Assembly (NCBI RefSeq): GCF_018350175.1
Contig: NC_058368.1
Span: 68,450,001-68,514,000 of the forward strand
Length of the DNA: 64,000 nt
Direction: 5' to 3'
DNA from: Felis catus
Taxonomy: Eukaryota
Position 1 is the stretch's first letter; every line of letters starts with the position of its first letter. The notes below the pieces were generated by a model. That model did not search any database. It was not told the DNA's origin and saw only the letters and a list, made by a program, of their open reading frames with translations. Made by a program: the position numbers and the translations under genes. Of the stretch, positions 62,241-64,000 are shown in pieces.

Positions 62241-62754
62241 AAGAAGAAACAAATATCCAGGACTTCCAGATGATACAAAATTCTCCTTCAGAATGTGTGG
62301 ACTGGCGTCTAATCCCACAAGCAGTGAGTGGGGCTCCCATTGCCCCGCATCTCACCGGGGCACGGCTGGTCAGACTTCTAATTTTTGGCCAACGTGCCAG
62401 GCAGGTGGGAAATGGCAATGGACTGCTGCTCCGTCTGCTTTTCTCCCTTTACGAGTGGGATGTGCTTATTGACCAGCGGCCTTCCTGTCCTGTGAGAAGC
62501 AGCTTTGCATCCTTTGCACAGTTTCCTATTTGTTTTTTCTTATCGATTCGTAAGAAGACTAATTAAGAGCACTAGGAATGCAAGTTAATGTCCTTTTTCT
62601 GTTTAGATTGCAAGTAACTCTCTCAAACCGGAGAGGGCCCAGGCCTGGGAGATGTGTGCTGGGGTGCTCGATACGAACTGGGTCCCTTCTTAGCTTAGCC
62701 CTCAGTTTCTTGCTTTCCCTAAGTGGACGTCTCTTGACGTGCAACTATCTATCT

Positions 62755-62966
62755 ATTAAGTTTATTAGTTTATTTTGAGAGAAAGAAAGAGAGAGAAGGC
62801 ATGCAAGCAGGGGAGGAGCAGAGACAAGAAGAGAGAGAGAATCCCAAGCAGGCTCTGTGCTGTCAGCGAAGGGCCCTACGGGGGCTCCATACCATGAACC
62901 ACGAGATCATGACCTGAACCAAAATCAGGAGTCGGACGCTTAACCAGCTGAGCCACCCAGGTACCC
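62755..62966 (-). mobile_element. CAN-SINE
   Basis: gagaatcccaagcaggctctgtgctgtcagc...gagccacccaggtaccc. Confidence 0.93.
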
Positions 62967-63819
62967 TTCATTGTACATTGAAAAATATAGTCTAAAATAT
63001 CAACTAACCAGCTAAGTATACAGGATTAGCAACTCTATTTGGTTCCCCAGGGTAGCTTCATTTTAACTTGCAAAGCTTTCCAATAATAGTTATTTTTTGC
63101 TGCCATTGTTACAGGGAAAACAAAGAAATAACAGTGACATTTTAGCAAAGTTCAAGATTTTCCCAACCAGCTAAATTTGTATTAGCGTTTTTTTGTTGTT
63201 GTTGTTTTGTTTTTTGTCTTTAAGAAAATGACAGTCTCTGGAAATTAGTTAATGGGAGAAATTCTTTTTTGTGTTGGATATAGTTCTTCTGTAGCTTCCA
63301 CCATTTATATCTTAAAAGAGAGACACATTTTTTTTTTTATTTAAACTGAGAGGAATCAATTTCTTTAGAATGCTGGAAAATTCTTGTGCTTATATGATTA
63401 GGAAATCTCATTTATGTGATGGATGATCACATAGATCACTTAGAAAAATTTTGGTTTCAGCCCAAAAAGAGCTGTACTTTCATTTACAATGGGGAAGGTA
63501 GTATCGTCTCGGTGAGTGAGACCTGTTGCTCTAAGTAATAATGGGCTTTCTCTCAGACCCAGAGCGAAAATGGGATTTTTAAACACTGTGAAACAGAAAC
63601 CCCACAAACATGGCTGACTCTGCTTAAATCTTAGGTCTAACCCTGATCCCAGTACTGGCTGTCTTGCCCCAAGGGTTCAGATATGTCTAAAGACTTCAAG
63701 GACCTTTGGTCACGAGGTCAGTCATTTTCATCCTCCCATACTGACCAGTAAGGGTTTGGTTTTGTTTATTTATTGGTTTGTTGTGGTATCTATGAGGTCA
63801 GGCATTTAAATATCATTTG

Positions 63820-64000
63820 CTGTGTGTTCTAGAATAAACGTGTCCTCCCCTCAAATTCACGTGAAATTCTACCTGCTCATACATTGGTATTAGGAGGAGG
63901 GGCCTTTGGGAGGTGATTGGCATTAGATAAGGTCATGAGGGTGGGGCCCTCATGAATGAACATTAGTGTCCTTTTAAGACTCAGGAGAAAGAGCTTGCTT
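63820..64000 (+). mobile_element. MLT1A-type LTR, cut off by the window end
   Basis: gtgtcctcccctcaaattcac...ggtattaggagg...gcctttgggaggtgatt...gtcatgagggtggggccctcatgaatg. Confidence 0.85.

Noticed and set aside
1..64000. Strand bias of L1/LTRs as evidence for a host intron
   Set aside because: L1s lean minus in the left half, but LTR orientations are mixed; cannot tell intronic from intergenic.
1..64000. CRISPR array, provirus or other complex system
   Set aside because: No regularly spaced repeat-spacer array, no paired LTRs with PBS or gag-pol, no gene cluster.

Overview
Repeat-rich, non-coding mammalian DNA from a carnivore, very probably a felid: the tRNA-derived CAN-SINEs have cat-type bodies and the young L1 has a carnivore-type 3' end. 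I found no credible protein-coding exon, RNA gene, CRISPR array or classical CpG island. The only ORFs with recognisable homology are LINE fragments; the rest look like chance ORFs in SINEs, microsatellites and unique DNA. The window holds 17 CAN-SINEs, old and young L1s (one a textbook 5'-inverted copy with an 18-bp TSD), L2/MIR, about 13 LTRs (MaLR, ERVL, ERV1) and several DNA transposons. Repeat family names come from recalled consensus sequences, not a database search, and old-repeat boundaries are approximate. The most unusual signals are: three short local dispersed duplications (two direct, one inverted); two SINEs inserted head-to-head at the same nick position; a decapitated young LTR that keeps CCAAT/TATA/polyA; CpG-retaining patches inside old repeats; and several motif-dense enhancer-like stretches. 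I cannot support a new biological system from sequence alone.
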